A stretch of 35,687 nt of DNA from a virus. Below are positions 35,490 through 35,687 of this stretch, one piece after another (position 1 is the stretch's first letter; each line of letters starts with the position of its first letter). Under the pieces are notes generated by a model that was not told where the DNA came from, did no database searches, and saw nothing but the letters and a program-made list of their open reading frames with translations. The stretch lies in UHGV virus genome UHGV-0257306; one strand, written 5' to 3'. The position numbers and the translations under genes are program-made.

Positions 35490-35687
35490 TTACTGCCCGA
35501 CAGCGCCAGCGCCGCCGGATGCAATCTGCTGGAGGAGTTCCGGAGGAATGTCAGCCGGAGCCTCTTCTGTTTGTTGCTGTTCCTCAGCCGGAGCCACAGC
35601 CGCGGGAGGCTGTTGTGGCTGAGGCTGGCGGATCTGAGGGATGAGAGCCGCGAGGTCGATCGAGTCATCGAAACGGGAGACAGTTTG
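35490..35687 (-). CDS. Portal protein, 3' part
   Basis: QTVSRFDDSIDLAALIPQ...GAVGQ* continues ...YLLQ in frame, giving about 657 aa in total. TAA at 35492-35490 is followed by the RBS of the scaffold-like gene. Confidence 0.8.
   Translation of the reverse strand, partial: QTVSRFDDSIDLAALIPQIRQPQPQQPPAAVAPAEEQQQTEEAPADIPPELLQQIASGGAGAVGQ

Overview
The window appears to be a complete, circularly permuted 35,687-bp genome of a temperate podovirus-like phage. The portal gene runs off position 1 and resumes in frame at 35687, and an intact attP is present. The host is Gram-negative (embedded Rz/Rz1 spanins); a betaproteobacterial gut host is a weak guess only. Modules in order: packaging (portal, TerL, TerS); lambdoid replication with an iteron origin; a cro/cI switch with six TTAAC-N4-GTTAA-like operators; early recombination genes (ERF, YqaJ exonuclease, SSB, Xis-like, DUF3310); a C4 antisense RNA-controlled Rha gene; a solitary type I restriction-modification specificity subunit (HsdS, no HsdM/HsdR); a P4-like integrase with a tRNA-Ser-type attP; ejection and tail genes; two fibres with paralogous N-termini; a lysis cassette; the major capsid gene; a 2636-aa polyvalent protein; and a scaffold-like protein. 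The most interesting observations are the orphan HsdS, a ~200-nt capsid leader RNA with complementary hairpin loops, a shared late-promoter architecture (AAATAWWWATCC-N20-[-10]) at three sites, and a candidate small RNA antisense to a ribosome-binding site and AUG. All family assignments are by motif recognition; no database searches were run.
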